A DNA stretch of 64,000 nucleotides. Origin: Candidatus Dormiibacterota bacterium. Its GTDB lineage: Bacteria > Chloroflexota > Dormibacteria > Aeolococcales > Bog-877. Positions 10,608 through 20,469 of the stretch are shown piece after piece. The stretch spans positions 1,366,643 through 1,430,642 of the forward strand of contig CAWDQV010000001.1 in the NCBI GenBank assembly GCA_963804565.1. Reading direction: 5' to 3'. The stretch's first letter is position 1. Each line of letters begins with the position of its first letter. The notes under the pieces are model-generated. The model had not been told where the DNA came from and made no database searches. It worked only from the letters and a program-made list of their open reading frames with translations. A program made the position numbers and the translations under genes.

Positions 10608-11522
10608 TCAGTTGAGTACGTCGTGGCGACTTACCGAGGTCAAGGCCACGATCAGTAGTAATAGCCACCAGGCGACGATCACGATCATCGTCTCGGTCAG
10701 CGAGGTCGGCACTGCTGGGGTGGTCAGGGTGGTCACAGCAGCGGACTGGTGCACTTGCAGGAGCGCGGGCAGATGGTTGAGATTAGGCCCTAAAAGGAAA
10801 GCGGTCGCCTTCTCCCAGAGCTTCGAATTGGTGACGCTTGACAGCTGACGGAGCGAAATCGACAGCGCATTGTCGATGGGGAAAAATAGCACCGCCAGTA
10901 GCATCCCGCCCGTCACCGAGCGCAGCAAGGCGGCCATCGCGACTGACAGCAAAACGCAGGAAAACTCGCTGATCGCGCAGGAGAGAATCGCCAGTCCCAG
11001 GCTTTCCCAGGCGGCTACCGGCAAGCGTCCCAGGGTAGCCAGTGAGCCGGTCTGATGCTGAACTACAATCACCGTACCGATCGCCGCGAGAGCGCTGAAG
11101 AAAACCAACATGAACATCGCGAACACTGAGAGCGCGGTGATCTTGGCGAGCAGCAGCTGATGCCGACCGGTGCCGCGGGAGAACAGAACACGCACCGTGC
11201 CAAGGTCGTATTCCATTCCCAGCAGCCGGGATCCGGTCAGGAGCACTGCAATCCCAGCGCCGGCCGAGAGGAATACCTCAAGCGGATGGAGCAGGCTGTA
11301 AAAGCCGGCCAGCGGATGGTAGGTCAGAGAGGTGTGGTACTGCGGCTCGGTGGCATACAGCAGCATGATCAATGTGAGGAATAGGAGCCCCAGCCCGACC
11401 ATCACCTGAGACGGTCGATTGCGTCGAAGCTTGTAGAGTTCGCCGCGCAGAGTCCCGGTGAATGCTGGGCGAGCGCCTTTCGAACCGGGCAGAGCGGCTG
11501 CGCCGATCGGACGGGCGGTCAC
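10608..11522 (-). CDS. ABC-2 type transporter permease
   Basis: 304-aa polytopic hydrophobic ORF. GTG start overlaps the stop of the upstream ATPase by 4 nt. Confidence 0.7.
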   Translation of the reverse strand: MTARPIGAAALPGSKGARPAFTGTLRGELYKLRRNRPSQVMVGLGLLFLTLIMLLYATEPQYHTSLTYHPLAGFYSLLHPLEVFLSAGAGIAVLLTGSRLLGMEYDLGTVRVLFSRGTGRHQLLLAKITALSVFAMFMLVFFSALAAIGTVIVVQHQTGSLATLGRLPVAAWESLGLAILSCAISEFSCVLLSVAMAALLRSVTGGMLLAVLFFPIDNALSISLRQLSSVTNSKLWEKATAFLLGPNLNHLPALLQVHQSAAVTTLTTPAVPTSLTETMIVIVAWWLLLLIVALTSVSRHDVLN

Positions 11523-12454
11523 TGGTCGTCTCCCGTCAACTCCAGAAAGATTTCCTCCAGGTCGCGCTGTTGCCTGACGATCCCGTCCGGCACGAAGCCG
11601 GCTCGGCTCAACACAGCGTTCAGCTCTCGTCCTTGCCCACCCGGCGCCTCGCTAACGATTCGGCCGTGGACGTCCAAGTGAGCGCTCTGTCCCCAGGGCT
11701 GGCAATTGATCAGGTCAAGGGCTCCCTGCGCGTCCTCCACCTCCACCACGAAAGAGTTCTTGGAGTCCTGGAAGTCTTCAATCCGGCCCACCTTGACAAG
11801 CGTTCCCTGGCGCAGAATCGCCACGCGATCGCAGAGCCTCTCCACCTCTCCGAGGACATGACTGGAAATGAAGACCGTCTTTCCCGAGTCACTGAGCTGC
11901 CTCAAGAGAGAGCGAATTGACTTGACCCCGGCCGGGTCGAGGCCGTTGGCCGGTTCGTCGAGGATCAGCAGATCCGGGTCGTGCAGCAGCGCGATGGCCA
12001 AACCCAGCCGCTGCTTCATGCCGAGGGAATAAGTGTTGACCTTGTCTTTCCTGCGGTCCGAGAGATCGACCAACTCGAGGAGGCCGTCGATACGTCCGGC
12101 CGGGACACCACCCAGCGGGGCAGCGAGCACCGCGAGGTTGTCGCGCCCGCTCAGGTGGAGGTAGAGCGCAGGGGTCTCCACCAGCGGTCCGACCCGGGGC
12201 AGCACGACCGACCCGTGGTGGGCCACATCGTGGCCGAAAACCTCGACCCAGCCGGAGCTGGGCCGTACCAATCCCAAGGCCATCCGCATGGTGGTGGTCT
12301 TGCCGGCTCCGTTAGGGCCCAGGAATCCGAAGATCTCACCCGCATGGACCTCCAGGTTGAGGTGATCGACGGCAACCGTTGACCCGAACCGCTTTCCCAG
12401 ATCGTGAGCGGCCAGCACCGTCGGGTGAGCGCTCCGGGCTAGGAGAGGATCCAT
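11519..12454 (-). CDS. ABC transporter ATP-binding protein
   Basis: Trimmed to ATG 12454 (MDPLLARS...). Walker A GPNGAGKTT, signature LSLGMKQRL-like, Walker B LLILDEP. Confidence 0.9.
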   Translation of the reverse strand: MDPLLARSAHPTVLAAHDLGKRFGSTVAVDHLNLEVHAGEIFGFLGPNGAGKTTTMRMALGLVRPSSGWVEVFGHDVAHHGSVVLPRVGPLVETPALYLHLSGRDNLAVLAAPLGGVPAGRIDGLLELVDLSDRRKDKVNTYSLGMKQRLGLAIALLHDPDLLILDEPANGLDPAGVKSIRSLLRQLSDSGKTVFISSHVLGEVERLCDRVAILRQGTLVKVGRIEDFQDSKNSFVVEVEDAQGALDLINCQPWGQSAHLDVHGRIVSEAPGGQGRELNAVLSRAGFVPDGIVRQQRDLEEIFLELTGDDQ

Positions 12455-12629
12455 GGTGATCCCGCTCACGGCCTCGCCAGCCTGCCGCGGCGCCTCACTG
12501 GCGATCGACTCATGACCCAAAGCCGAAGGGTCCCCGATACCCACCCGTCCATGATCGGGCTTTCGCGCGCAATTGGGGCTTCAACCGCGCTCTCGGGACC
12601 GATTCGTGTCCTACCGAAGCCTCTTTTTG

Positions 12630-12659
12630 TTGACAGGCATCGGCGAACCCCGGTAGCGT
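12630..12659 (+). promoter_or_regulatory. candidate sigma-70 type promoter for bioY (TTGACA-18 nt-TAGCGT)
   Basis: TTGACA at 12630-12635 and TAGCGT at 12654-12659. The GTG at 12668 lies 8 nt downstream, implying a leaderless or near-leaderless mRNA. Confidence 0.35.
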
Positions 12660-12667
12660 CCCCCGCC

Positions 12668-13288
12668 GTGCTCAACGTTGCGACCACCGCACGCCCTCGT
12701 CCGGTCCTGGCCGACCTCATTCCCGGCGAGCGCGTCAGGGACGTACTGGTCGTCGTCGGGTACGCCGGACTGGTGGGGCTCTCCGCGCAACTATCGATCC
12801 GGCTCCCCTTCACCCCAGTTCCGATCACAGGTCAGACCTTTGCCGTGCTGCTGGGCGGCCTCGCCGTCGGGACCCGTCGGGGCGCGGTCGGGATGCTGCT
12901 CTATCTGGTCCTTGGGTTGGTCGGAGTTCCCTGGTTCGCGAGTGGGGACCACGGGCTGTCAATGCTGTCGTCCCCCAGCTTCGGCTACGTCATCGGGTTC
13001 GTGTTCGCCGCCTGCCTCCTGGGACAGTTGGCCAGACTCGGGTTCGATCGGCACCCGGTTACGGTGATCCTGGCCCTAGTTGGCGGAAACGCCGTCATCT
13101 ATCTGTTCGGCGCCACCTGGCTTGCCTGGCGGCTCCACGTTGGTGCGTCGGAGGCACTGTCGCTGGGAGTGACTCCGTTCCTCCTCGGCGACGCCCTGAA
13201 AGCAGTACTCGCCGCGGTGCTGCTTCCTAGCGCGTGGAAGCTCACCGGTCGTTCCCGACCAGGCGACCGGCCGGCCGGAGGTCAGTAG
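12668..13288 (+). CDS. bioY: biotin transporter BioY
   Basis: Core FTPVPITGQTFAVLLGG...GVPWFA is typical of BioY. Track ORF 12512 trimmed to the in-frame GTG 12668 just after the promoter-like element. Confidence 0.75.
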   Translation: MLNVATTARPRPVLADLIPGERVRDVLVVVGYAGLVGLSAQLSIRLPFTPVPITGQTFAVLLGGLAVGTRRGAVGMLLYLVLGLVGVPWFASGDHGLSMLSSPSFGYVIGFVFAACLLGQLARLGFDRHPVTVILALVGGNAVIYLFGATWLAWRLHVGASEALSLGVTPFLLGDALKAVLAAVLLPSAWKLTGRSRPGDRPAGGQ

Positions 13289-13659
13289 AGGCCGAGTTCC
13301 AGCTTGGCCTCGTCGGAGGCCATCGTGTGGGGGTCCCAGGGCGGGTCCCATATGAGGTCCACCTTGACGTCGCGGATTCCTGGCAGGAACTGGGTGGCGG
13401 CATGAACCTGGGACTCCAGCATCGGCCCCAGCGGGCAGTACGGCGTAGTCAGAGTCATCGAAACCACCGCATCGCCATCCTTATCCACGGTCACCCGGTA
13501 GACCAACCCCAGGCTGACGATATCCAAGCCCAGTTCGGGGTCGATCACCTCTCGGAGCGCCTCGTGGACGTCGTCTCCAGTTGCCATCGGCCCGGCGGCG
13601 AGTTGCTCCCCGGCGATCGTCGGCGCTCCTTCCTCGGCCTCAGTCGTCGGATCGGCCAT
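13282..13659 (-). CDS. sufT: DUF59/MIP18-family Fe-S assembly protein (SufT-like)
   Basis: 125 aa with [18 protein letters not shown]...[10 protein letters not shown], the hallmark of DUF59. Follows sufU. Confidence 0.8.
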   Translation of the reverse strand: MADPTTEAEEGAPTIAGEQLAAGPMATGDDVHEALREVIDPELGLDIVSLGLVYRVTVDKDGDAVVSMTLTTPYCPLGPMLESQVHAATQFLPGIRDVKVDLIWDPPWDPHTMASDEAKLELGLY

Positions 13660-14112
13660 CTTGTTCCTCCAGCTGGGTCAAGCCAGCTTCGAGCGCGGTC
13701 CACGGCAGCATGGCGCACTTGATTCGGGCGGCGTAGCGCCGCACTCCGGCGAGCGCCTCGAGGTCACCGATCTCCCCCAGAGTAGTCGGGTCCTCTCCCC
13801 CGAGAAGCATGGCACGGAACCGCCTGATCAGTTCCCTGGTCTCGCCCACGACGTGCCCTGGATACCCTCACTCATCATCGAGGCGGCAGCCATCGAGATC
13901 GAGCACCCTTGGCCCTCAAAACCCACCGCCTCGACCTGCCCTTCCTGAACCCGCAGGGTGAGGTCTACCTCGTCGCCGCAGAGCGGGTTGTGACCATGGG
14001 TGGCGATGTCGGCCGGATCCAGCAGACCACGGTGGCGGGGATGCCGGTAATGGTCAAGAATGATCTCCCGGAAAAGCTCGTCGTCCAGGCCGACTGGGTT
14101 GACTTGTGCCAC
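13640..14112 (-). CDS. sufU: SufU/IscU-like Fe-S scaffold or sulfur acceptor; frame broken once
   Basis: ORF 13828..14112 ([17 protein letters not shown]) continues in ORF 13640..13849 (RIKCAMLPW). Adding one base to the CCC run 13856-13858 repairs the junction. Confidence 0.8.
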
Positions 14113-14143
14113 TTATTCATCGTACGCCGGTGCACAAACACAA

Positions 14144-14174
14144 GCGGGGACTGGAGGTGTGCTCCAGTCCCCGC
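14144..14174. terminator. perfect 13-bp stem / 5-nt loop hairpin with U-rich flank on both strands
   Basis: GCGGGGACTGGAG-gtgtg-CTCCAGTCCCCGC. The minus-strand reading is followed by TTGTGTTTGTG. It lies 32 nt upstream of the sufU start. Confidence 0.5.
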
Positions 14175-14294
14175 TGTTGGTTTGCGAAATGAGTACTGCT
14201 GACGCGGGACGGCCACGGTTCCGGGCTTCTGACCCGGTTCAGAGATCCGTGGGTGACCAGCGCGTCGAGAGAGATTAGGTCCCGGCCACAGTCC

Positions 14295-14345
14295 TCAGTC
14301 GGTCCCCAAGATGGTGAGAGTCCGTTTAGTACTACCTTCGGGCAT
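14295..14345 (-). CDS. hypothetical 16-aa small ORF (MPEGSTKRTLTILGTD) behind a strong Shine-Dalgarno
   Basis: GGAGGG (14358-14353) sits 7 nt before ATG 14345. No homology recognised. It could instead be part of a leader or sRNA. Confidence 0.15.
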   Translation of the reverse strand: MPEGSTKRTLTILGTD

Positions 14346-14556
14346 GGGCATTCCCTCCTTTTTCTTGGGGTACCGCCGCGACAGGGACTTCCTTGCGACC
14401 CTGCCGGGACGGCCGGACGACGCTGTCGCCGTCTAGTTTATGCCGGACCGTGGCGCACGCGCGAGGCCGGCTGATTAGCGGGTCTGCCGCCCGTCCCCGC
14501 GGCCGACCGTCGTTCGCTAAGCTGCGCTGCGACGGTCGGGTAAGGGAGGAAGCGTC

Positions 14557-15651
14557 ATGCGGACTGTTGCCGTCGGCACTGCCAAGGGGCTTTTTGTACT
14601 CGAACAGTCGGGGACGGATCCCACCGACCCCGACTGGGTCGTCAAAGGACCGTACCTGTCGGGCTGGGAAGTCACCGACGGTATGGTCTCGAGATCAGGG
14701 ATGGCCGGCTGGAGATACTGGCCGGTCTGAGCAGCTACGTGTACGGCCCCCACGTGCGACGGAGCCTGGACCGCGGCGAGTCCTGGGAGACACTCGGTTC
14801 TGGTCCGGGATTCGGTGGCGGGGGCGACCGACCGACGGTCGAGCGCATCTGGACGCTGCACAGGCTGGCGGACTCGGACGAGCTGGTGGCGGGCGTGGCG
14901 CAGGCGGGACTTTTCCGCTGGGATGACCGCGCCATGACATGGCAGGAGTACCAGTCGGTAACCGATCATCCCACCCGCTCCGGCTGGCAGCCCGGTTTCG
15001 GAGGTCTTTGCCTCCACAGCGTGCTGAGCGATCGCCGGCGGCCGGGCAGGATCACGGTTGGGATCTCGTCGGTGGGTACGCTGCGCAGCGACGACGACGG
15101 CGCCACCTGGAACGATCAAGAACAAGGGCGTCACTGCCGCCATACGAGGCGGAGGAGCCCAAGTACTCGGAGCTGAATCGGTGCGTCCACAGGCTGGTGC
15201 TCGACCCACGGACCCGACCGCCTATACCAGCAAAATCACACCGGCGTTTACCGATCGCTCGATGCAGGAGACAGTTGGGAGCGCATCGAGAACGGGTCTG
15301 CCTTCGGGCTTTGGATTCGGGATGGCGGTTCTCGATGGGCCGCCGGCGACGCTGTTCGTGGTTCCCCTGACCAGCGATGAGGTGCGGCTCCCGGTGGACG
15401 GCCGTGTGTGTGCTTACCGCTCGACGAATTACGGAGACACGTGGGCCGCCTGTGGAGCGGGGCTGCCCCCCCACAACTACGGAACTGTGCTCCGCGACGC
15501 ACTTACCAGCGGGGAGTGGCGAATCCACGTCGCTCTACTTTGGTACCACCAGCGGCGAGCTCTACGCTACCTGGGACACTGGCGAACACTGGAGTCGCTT
15601 CCCGGAGTCTTTCCTCGCATCCTTAGCGTGCGTGCGATCACCGCCGCATGA
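14557..15651 (+). pseudogene. BNR/Asp-box beta-propeller protein (family often annotated exo-alpha-sialidase/BNR repeat); about 7 frame breaks as sequenced
   Basis: Strong RBS AAGGGAGG before ATG 14557. Five Asp-boxes are found across three frames: SLDRGESW, SDDDGATW, SLDAGDSW, STNYGDTW, TWDTGEHW. Pieces lie in ORFs 14739..15176, 14939..15370, 15058..15651 and 15377..16027. Confidence 0.7.
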
Positions 15652-15933
15652 TGCCGAAGGTCAGGGTATGGATCCCAGGTCTGCTGCGGGATTTCACCAA
15701 TGGAGAAGTGGAGTTCCCGGTGGTCGCCAGCAGACGTCGGTGCTGCCCTGGACGCCGGCCATCGCGCGTCACCCCTTGCTACATAATCATCTCGCTGATG
15801 AGCACGGGCGTCCCCGCAGAAACGTGAAGTTTTCCATAATGAAGAGCTGGTGCGAGGGGCGGAGGAGCTGGCTGGTCCAGTCTCCGATGGCGATCGCATC
15901 ACCATCCTGCAGTCGGTCAGTGGCGGGAGGTAG
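15648..15933 (+). pseudogene. MoaD/ThiS-family ubiquitin-fold sulfur-carrier-like protein; about 3 frame breaks as sequenced
   Basis: ATG overlaps the stop of the BNR gene (ATGA). MPKVRVWIPGLLRDFTNGEVEFPVVA...ALDA...IARHPLLHNHLADEHGRPRRNV...FHNEELVRGAEELAGPVSDGDRITILQSVSGGR can be read only by switching frames. Confidence 0.6.
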
Positions 15934-16055
15934 TACCACTCGCCCGCCAGCAATACAGGGGCGTAGCGATCGCGTCGCGGACACTATGAACGTTCGCGCT
16001 GGCTGTCTGCTGGAATCGCGGCTTTAGGCTGTCCTTCCAACCGCAGGGGTCTGGC

Positions 16056-17291
16056 TCAGTCGGCGAAGATGCGATTGGCCTCGCCCAGCGCCGCTACCAG
16101 AGCGTCCACGTCGTCGCGTGTGTTGTACAGGTAGAAGCTCGCCCTGGTGGTGGCAGCCACCCAAGCCTTCGCATCAGGGGCTGGCAGCAGTGGTGCCCGG
16201 CCCGGATCGCGACTCCGCAGCGGTCGACGATCGTGCCCACGTCGTGAGGGTGTACTCCGGCAAGGTTGAAGGAGACGATTCCCATCTGGTCCGGACCCTT
16301 GGGCCCGTAGCGGGTCAGTCCCGGTACCTCGGAGAGCATCTCGTCGGCATACTCGGTGAGTTCGGCGCCGTGGCGAAGGATCGCCGGCAATCCCACCTGC
16401 TGCAGATAGTCGACGGCCGCCTGTAGCCCGGCCGCGCCAGCGATGTCCGGGGTTCCCGCCTCGAACTTGTGCGGGAATCTCGTCCCAAGTCGTCTTCTCC
16501 AGCGTCACCACCGAGATCATCGAGCCGCCGGTCAGGAATGGGGGCATGGCGTCCAGCAGCTCGGGCCGACCGTAGAGGACACCGATCCCAGTCGGTCCGC
16601 ACATCTTGTGCGCTGAGAAGGCGTAGAAGTCAGCGTCCAATCGTTGTAAGTCGACCGGCATGTGCGGCACCGCCTGAGCCCCGTCCACCAGGACCGTGAT
16701 CCCCTCGGCGTGTGCCCGGGTGATCAGCTCACCGACCGGGTTTATCGTCCCCAGCACGTTGCTCACGTGAGTCACCGCCAGGAGCCGGGTAGGGGCCCGC
16801 AGCAGACGCTCTGTTGCCTCCGGGTCGAGACGTCCATCCGGCTGAAGCGGGATGAACTCAAGCTGGCAGCCGGTCTGGTCGCGGACCTGCTGCCAGGGCA
16901 CCAAGTTTGAGTGGTGCTCCATCTCGGTGCACACGATGCGGTCCAGGGGGCCGAACCGTTCTCGAGCGAAGGCCTGGGCGACCAGGTTTATTCCCTCGGT
17001 CGTGTTGCGCACGAAGACCACGCCGCGGGGATCGGCTCCCACCAGGTGGGCGACCGCCTCACGAGCACCCTCGAAGACCTCGGTCGCCCGCTCGCCGAGC
17101 ACGTGGACACCACGGTGCACGTTGGCGTTGGCGTGACGGTAATAGTCCGAGACCGCGTCGATCACCACCTCCGGCTTCTGGGAGGTCGAGGCGCTGTCGA
17201 GGTAGACCAGTTCCCGACCGTTGACCTGTTCCTGGAGGATGGGGAAATCAGCGCGGATTCGAGCCGATTCGAGCGTGGACGCCGGAATCAC
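16056..17291 (-). CDS. sufS: cysteine desulfurase SufS (group II); two compensating frame breaks
   Basis: Main frame holds the N-terminus (FPILQ...VYLDSASTSQKP, SAHKMCGPTGIG) and the C-terminus (RASFYLYNTRDDVD). The segment with the active-site RAGHHCCQPLM lies in ORF 16094..16396. Breaks are near 16462-16466 and at CCC 16160-16162. Confidence 0.85.
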   Translation of the reverse strand: MIPASTLESARIRADFPILQEQVNGRELVYLDSASTSQKPEVVIDAVSDYYRHANANVHRGVHVLGERATEVFEGAREAVAHLVGADPRGVVFVRNTTEGINLVAQAFARERFGPLDRIVCTEMEHHSNLVPWQQVRDQTGCQLEFIPLQPDGRLDPEATERLLRAPTRLLAVTHVSNVLGTINPVGELITRAHAEGITVLVDGAQAVPHMPVDLQRLDADFYAFSAHKMCGPTGIGVLYGRPELLDAMPPFLTGGSMISVVTLEKTTWDEIPAQVRGGNPGHRWRGRATGGRRLSAAGGIAGDPSPRRRTHRVCRRDALRGTGTDPLRAQGSGPDGNRLLQPCRSTPSRRGHDRRPLRSRDPGRAPLLPAPDAKAWVAATTRASFYLYNTRDDVDALVAALGEANRIFAD

Positions 17292-17617
17292 AGTTCATCC
17301 TCGCTCAGGGAGACCCAGAGCTCGCCATCCCGCACCTCGACCTGGTGAACCCTCACCGGTTCCACCGCCGGGAGCCCGATCGGTTCGCCGGTCTTGAGAT
17401 CGAACTGGCTCCCATGTAGTGGGCACTCGATGGCGCACGTCTGGGGGTGGAGCTCCCCCTCCGACAGCGAGGCCATGGCGTGGCTGCAGGTGTCGTCCAG
17501 GCAGTAGAACGTGCCCTCGACATTGAAGACCGCGATGGGCAGATCGCCGATCTCGACCCGCGCCGCATGGCCCGGCGGAATGGCTTCTGCATCGCAGATC
17601 TGCACCCACTCCGCCAT
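17288..17617 (-). CDS. Rieske [2Fe-2S] ferredoxin-like protein
   Basis: 109 aa with CSHAMASL...CPLHGSQF, the Rieske CxH...CxxH motif. Overlaps both the sufD stop and the sufS start. Confidence 0.85.
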   Translation of the reverse strand: MAEWVQICDAEAIPPGHAARVEIGDLPIAVFNVEGTFYCLDDTCSHAMASLSEGELHPQTCAIECPLHGSQFDLKTGEPIGLPAVEPVRVHQVEVRDGELWVSLSEDEL

Positions 17618-18981
17618 CAGGCAGTTCGTGGGGCGCCGGCCAGCGCGCCCGAACTGGCCAAATCGTCCAGCGCTTCCAGCACCAGCTTGCGGCCGGACTC
17701 TCGGAGGGCCCCCTCAGGAACCGCGTCGACGACATCGGCGAAGAAGCCCTCGACAATCAGTCGTCGCGCCTGCTCGCGATCGATCCCCCGGCTCTCGCAG
17801 TAGAACAGCTGGTTGTCATCGATCCGACCGGCCGTCGAGCCGTGCGTGCAACGAACATCATTGGCCAGGATCTCGAGGGTCGGATTGCTGTCCGTCTTGG
17901 CTTGGGGGCTCAGTAGGAGATTGCGGTTCTGCACATAGGCATTGGTCTTCTGCGCCCCCTCCTCGACCCGGATCAGACCGGCGTACACCGATCGCGACCG
18001 GTCCGCGACCGCCACCCGGTACAACAGGTCGCTAACCGCGCCTCGGGCTACGTGATCCTGCAGCGTCTGCAGGTCGCAGTGCTGCCGCTGGCGGCCCACA
18101 CATAGCCCGACCAATCGAGCCTCAGAGCCTTCACCTAGCATGACGGTCTCGAAGTAGGACTTCTGCCAGGCGGCGCCGACCATGCTCCAGCAAACTTCGT
18201 AACGGGCTTCCTGACCGACGTTGGCCCGGACGGTGGACTGCAGCACCGTCTGATCGCCGCACCGCTGGAAGATCACGTGGGTGAGATGGGCTCCCCGGGC
18301 CAGATCGATCTCTACCACCGGCGCCAGGAGTGAAGGATCCTCGCTCGGCGAGACCCACTCCTCGACCACGGTAAGGCTCGCGCCCTCCTCGAGCTTGATC
18401 AGAGTGCGTGGAAAACTTGCGCTGGCGTTGCTCACTCCGTGCAGGAGCCGGACGTAGCCGCCCGGTTGCTGGCCCCTCCCGACCCGTACGCAGGCACCGC
18501 CGATGGTCCGGGCGGTATTCAGAGAAATCCATTTGCGCAGTCCGGGCGCGGCGATGGTGCCCGCCAGCGACTGCCATGGTGCTCCTGGGGTGGCAAGACC
18601 CTCTACCAGCGATTGAGCCAGTGGAACCGGCTCATCCCGCCTGTGCAATGGGGGCGGCTCCAGATTCCCGCGCTCATCTGAGATCACCACCTGGGAGACG
18701 TCTCCGGCCGCGGGTGGGCCGTCCAGGACCGCTTGAAGATACGGAGGGATCTCGCCCTTCCCGAGCGCTGCGGGTTCGACGAACTTGGCCAGGTCGAGCT
18801 TGTCGATCTGGGGGGTTCGACGCCAGTCCTCATCCCTGGAGGAGGACGGCCAGGGAGCTTCCCGATAGGCTGCCAGAGCCGCTCGGCGCAGGCTGGACAG
18901 CCAGTCCGGGTCCCCGCCGGCCAGGGCGACTGCGGTTGCCTCCTCCCGGCTCAGGCGGGAAGATGCGGCGGTCTCGGTCAA
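17617..18981 (-). CDS. sufD: Fe-S cluster assembly protein SufD
   Basis: 454 aa. SufBD beta-helix C-terminal region (NLLLSPQAKTDSNPTLEILANDVRCTHGSTAG). Position is after sufB. Confidence 0.85.
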   Translation of the reverse strand: MTETAASSRLSREEATAVALAGGDPDWLSSLRRAALAAYREAPWPSSSRDEDWRRTPQIDKLDLAKFVEPAALGKGEIPPYLQAVLDGPPAAGDVSQVVISDERGNLEPPPLHRRDEPVPLAQSLVEGLATPGAPWQSLAGTIAAPGLRKWISLNTARTIGGACVRVGRGQQPGGYVRLLHGVSNASASFPRTLIKLEEGASLTVVEEWVSPSEDPSLLAPVVEIDLARGAHLTHVIFQRCGDQTVLQSTVRANVGQEARYEVCWSMVGAAWQKSYFETVMLGEGSEARLVGLCVGRQRQHCDLQTLQDHVARGAVSDLLYRVAVADRSRSVYAGLIRVEEGAQKTNAYVQNRNLLLSPQAKTDSNPTLEILANDVRCTHGSTAGRIDDNQLFYCESRGIDREQARRLIVEGFFADVVDAVPEGALRESGRKLVLEALDDLASSGALAGAPRTA

Positions 18982-19029
18982 GACCGGCTCAGCCGAGCCG
19001 GGGGCGAACCGCCCTCCGCGGCGATCTGC

Positions 19030-20430
19030 TCACCCGACGCTGCCCTCCATCTGGAGGGTGATCAGGCGATTGAGCTCGAAGGCGTACTCCATCGGCAACT
19101 CTTTGACGAATGGCTCAATGAAGCCGTTGACGATCATCGCGGTCGCTTCTTGCTCCGAGATGCCCCTCGACTGCAGGTAGAAGAGCTGCTCGTCACCCAC
19201 CTTGCTGACCGTCGCCTCGTGGCCGATCTGAACGTCCTCGGCCTCCACGTCCATGTATGGATAGGTGTCGCTGCGGGCCTGCTCATCGAGGAGAAGGGCG
19301 TCGCAGCGGACGCTGGACCTCACGTCGTGGGCCTTGGGGTAGACCTTGAGGTGGCCACGGTACGAGGTCCTCCCCGTGCCCTTGCTTACCGACTTGCTGA
19401 CGATGGTGCTGGTGGTGTTGGGGGCAACGTGGATGACCTTGGCACCGGCATCCTGGTGCTGGCCATCCCCGGCAAAGGCAACCGATAGCACCTCGCCGTG
19501 GGCACCCTCGCCCATCAGGTAGATCGAGGGGTACTTCATGGTCACCTTGCTGCCCAGGTTTCCGTCGATCCACTCCACCACCGAGTGCTCCTTGGCGATG
19601 GCCCGCTTGGTGACCAGGTTGTAGACGTTGTTGGACCAGTTCTGAATGGTGGTGTAGCGCACGTGGGAGTTGGGCATGGCGATGATCTCCACCACCGCGC
19701 TGTGCAGCGAGTCCTTGCTGTAGGTGGGAGCAGTACAGCCCTCGATGTAATGGACGAAGCTGCCCTCTTCGGCGATGATCAGGGTCCGTTCGAACTGGCC
19801 CATGCTTTCCGTGTTGATCCGGAAGTACGCCTGGAGTGGGATCTCGACCCGAACTCCCTTGGGCACATACACAAACGAGCCCCCGGACCAGACCGCCGAA
19901 TTCAACGCGGCGAACTTGTTGTCGTTGGGCGGGATCACCGTGCCGAAGTACTTGCGGAAGATCTCTGGGTGATCGCGGAGACCGGTGTCACAGTCGCAGA
20001 AGATCACGCCCAGCTTCTCCAGGTCCTCGCGGATGGAGTGGTAGACCACCTCGCTCTCGTACTGGGCTGAAACCCCCGCCAGAAACTTCCGTTCCGCCTC
20101 AGGAATCCCCAGGCGGTCGAAAGTCCGCTTGATGCCCTCGGGCACCTCATCCCAGGTTCGGCCCTGCTCCTCGGCCGGCCGCACGTAGTAGTAGATGTCG
20201 TCAAAGTCGATCCCGCTCAGATCGGCCCCCCAGCTGGGCATAGGGCGCTGCCTGAAGTGCTCGAGCGCCTTGAGCCGGAACTCCAGCATCCAGGCCGGCT
20301 CCGACTTGCGCCGAGAGATGTCGGCGACGACCTCAGGTGAAAGCCCGCGCTCGGACCTGAAGACGAACTCGTCGCCGTCATTGAAGCCGTATTTGTAGTC
20401 TTTCGTCAGGTCCTTCGCAGCGACTGCCAT
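19030..20430 (-). CDS. sufB: Fe-S cluster assembly protein SufB
   Basis: 466-aa intact ORF, highly typical of SufB ([29 protein letters not shown]). Confidence 0.95.
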   Translation of the reverse strand: MAVAAKDLTKDYKYGFNDGDEFVFRSERGLSPEVVADISRRKSEPAWMLEFRLKALEHFRQRPMPSWGADLSGIDFDDIYYYVRPAEEQGRTWDEVPEGIKRTFDRLGIPEAERKFLAGVSAQYESEVVYHSIREDLEKLGVIFCDCDTGLRDHPEIFRKYFGTVIPPNDNKFAALNSAVWSGGSFVYVPKGVRVEIPLQAYFRINTESMGQFERTLIIAEEGSFVHYIEGCTAPTYSKDSLHSAVVEIIAMPNSHVRYTTIQNWSNNVYNLVTKRAIAKEHSVVEWIDGNLGSKVTMKYPSIYLMGEGAHGEVLSVAFAGDGQHQDAGAKVIHVAPNTTSTIVSKSVSKGTGRTSYRGHLKVYPKAHDVRSSVRCDALLLDEQARSDTYPYMDVEAEDVQIGHEATVSKVGDEQLFYLQSRGISEQEATAMIVNGFIEPFVKELPMEYAFELNRLITLQMEGSVG

Positions 20431-20469
20431 TTGGTTCTTCCTCGCTCAATCCCCACCGTGAGGCGTTAT

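Noticed and set aside
14180-14520. Possible structured RNA gene (RNase P RNA, SRP/4.5S, tmRNA, 6S) in the large spacer
   Set aside because: I looked on both strands for the conserved cores: the GAGGAAAGUCCGG P4 region, the SRP GGAA-tetraloop helix, and a tmRNA tRNA-like end. I found none, only short generic stems. A covariance-model scan is still needed.
16760-16775. CACGTG-centred palindrome inside sufS as a second parS
   Set aside because: The flanks (GCTCACGTGAGTC) do not match TGTTTCACGTGAAACA. CACGTG alone is frequent in this GC-rich sequence.
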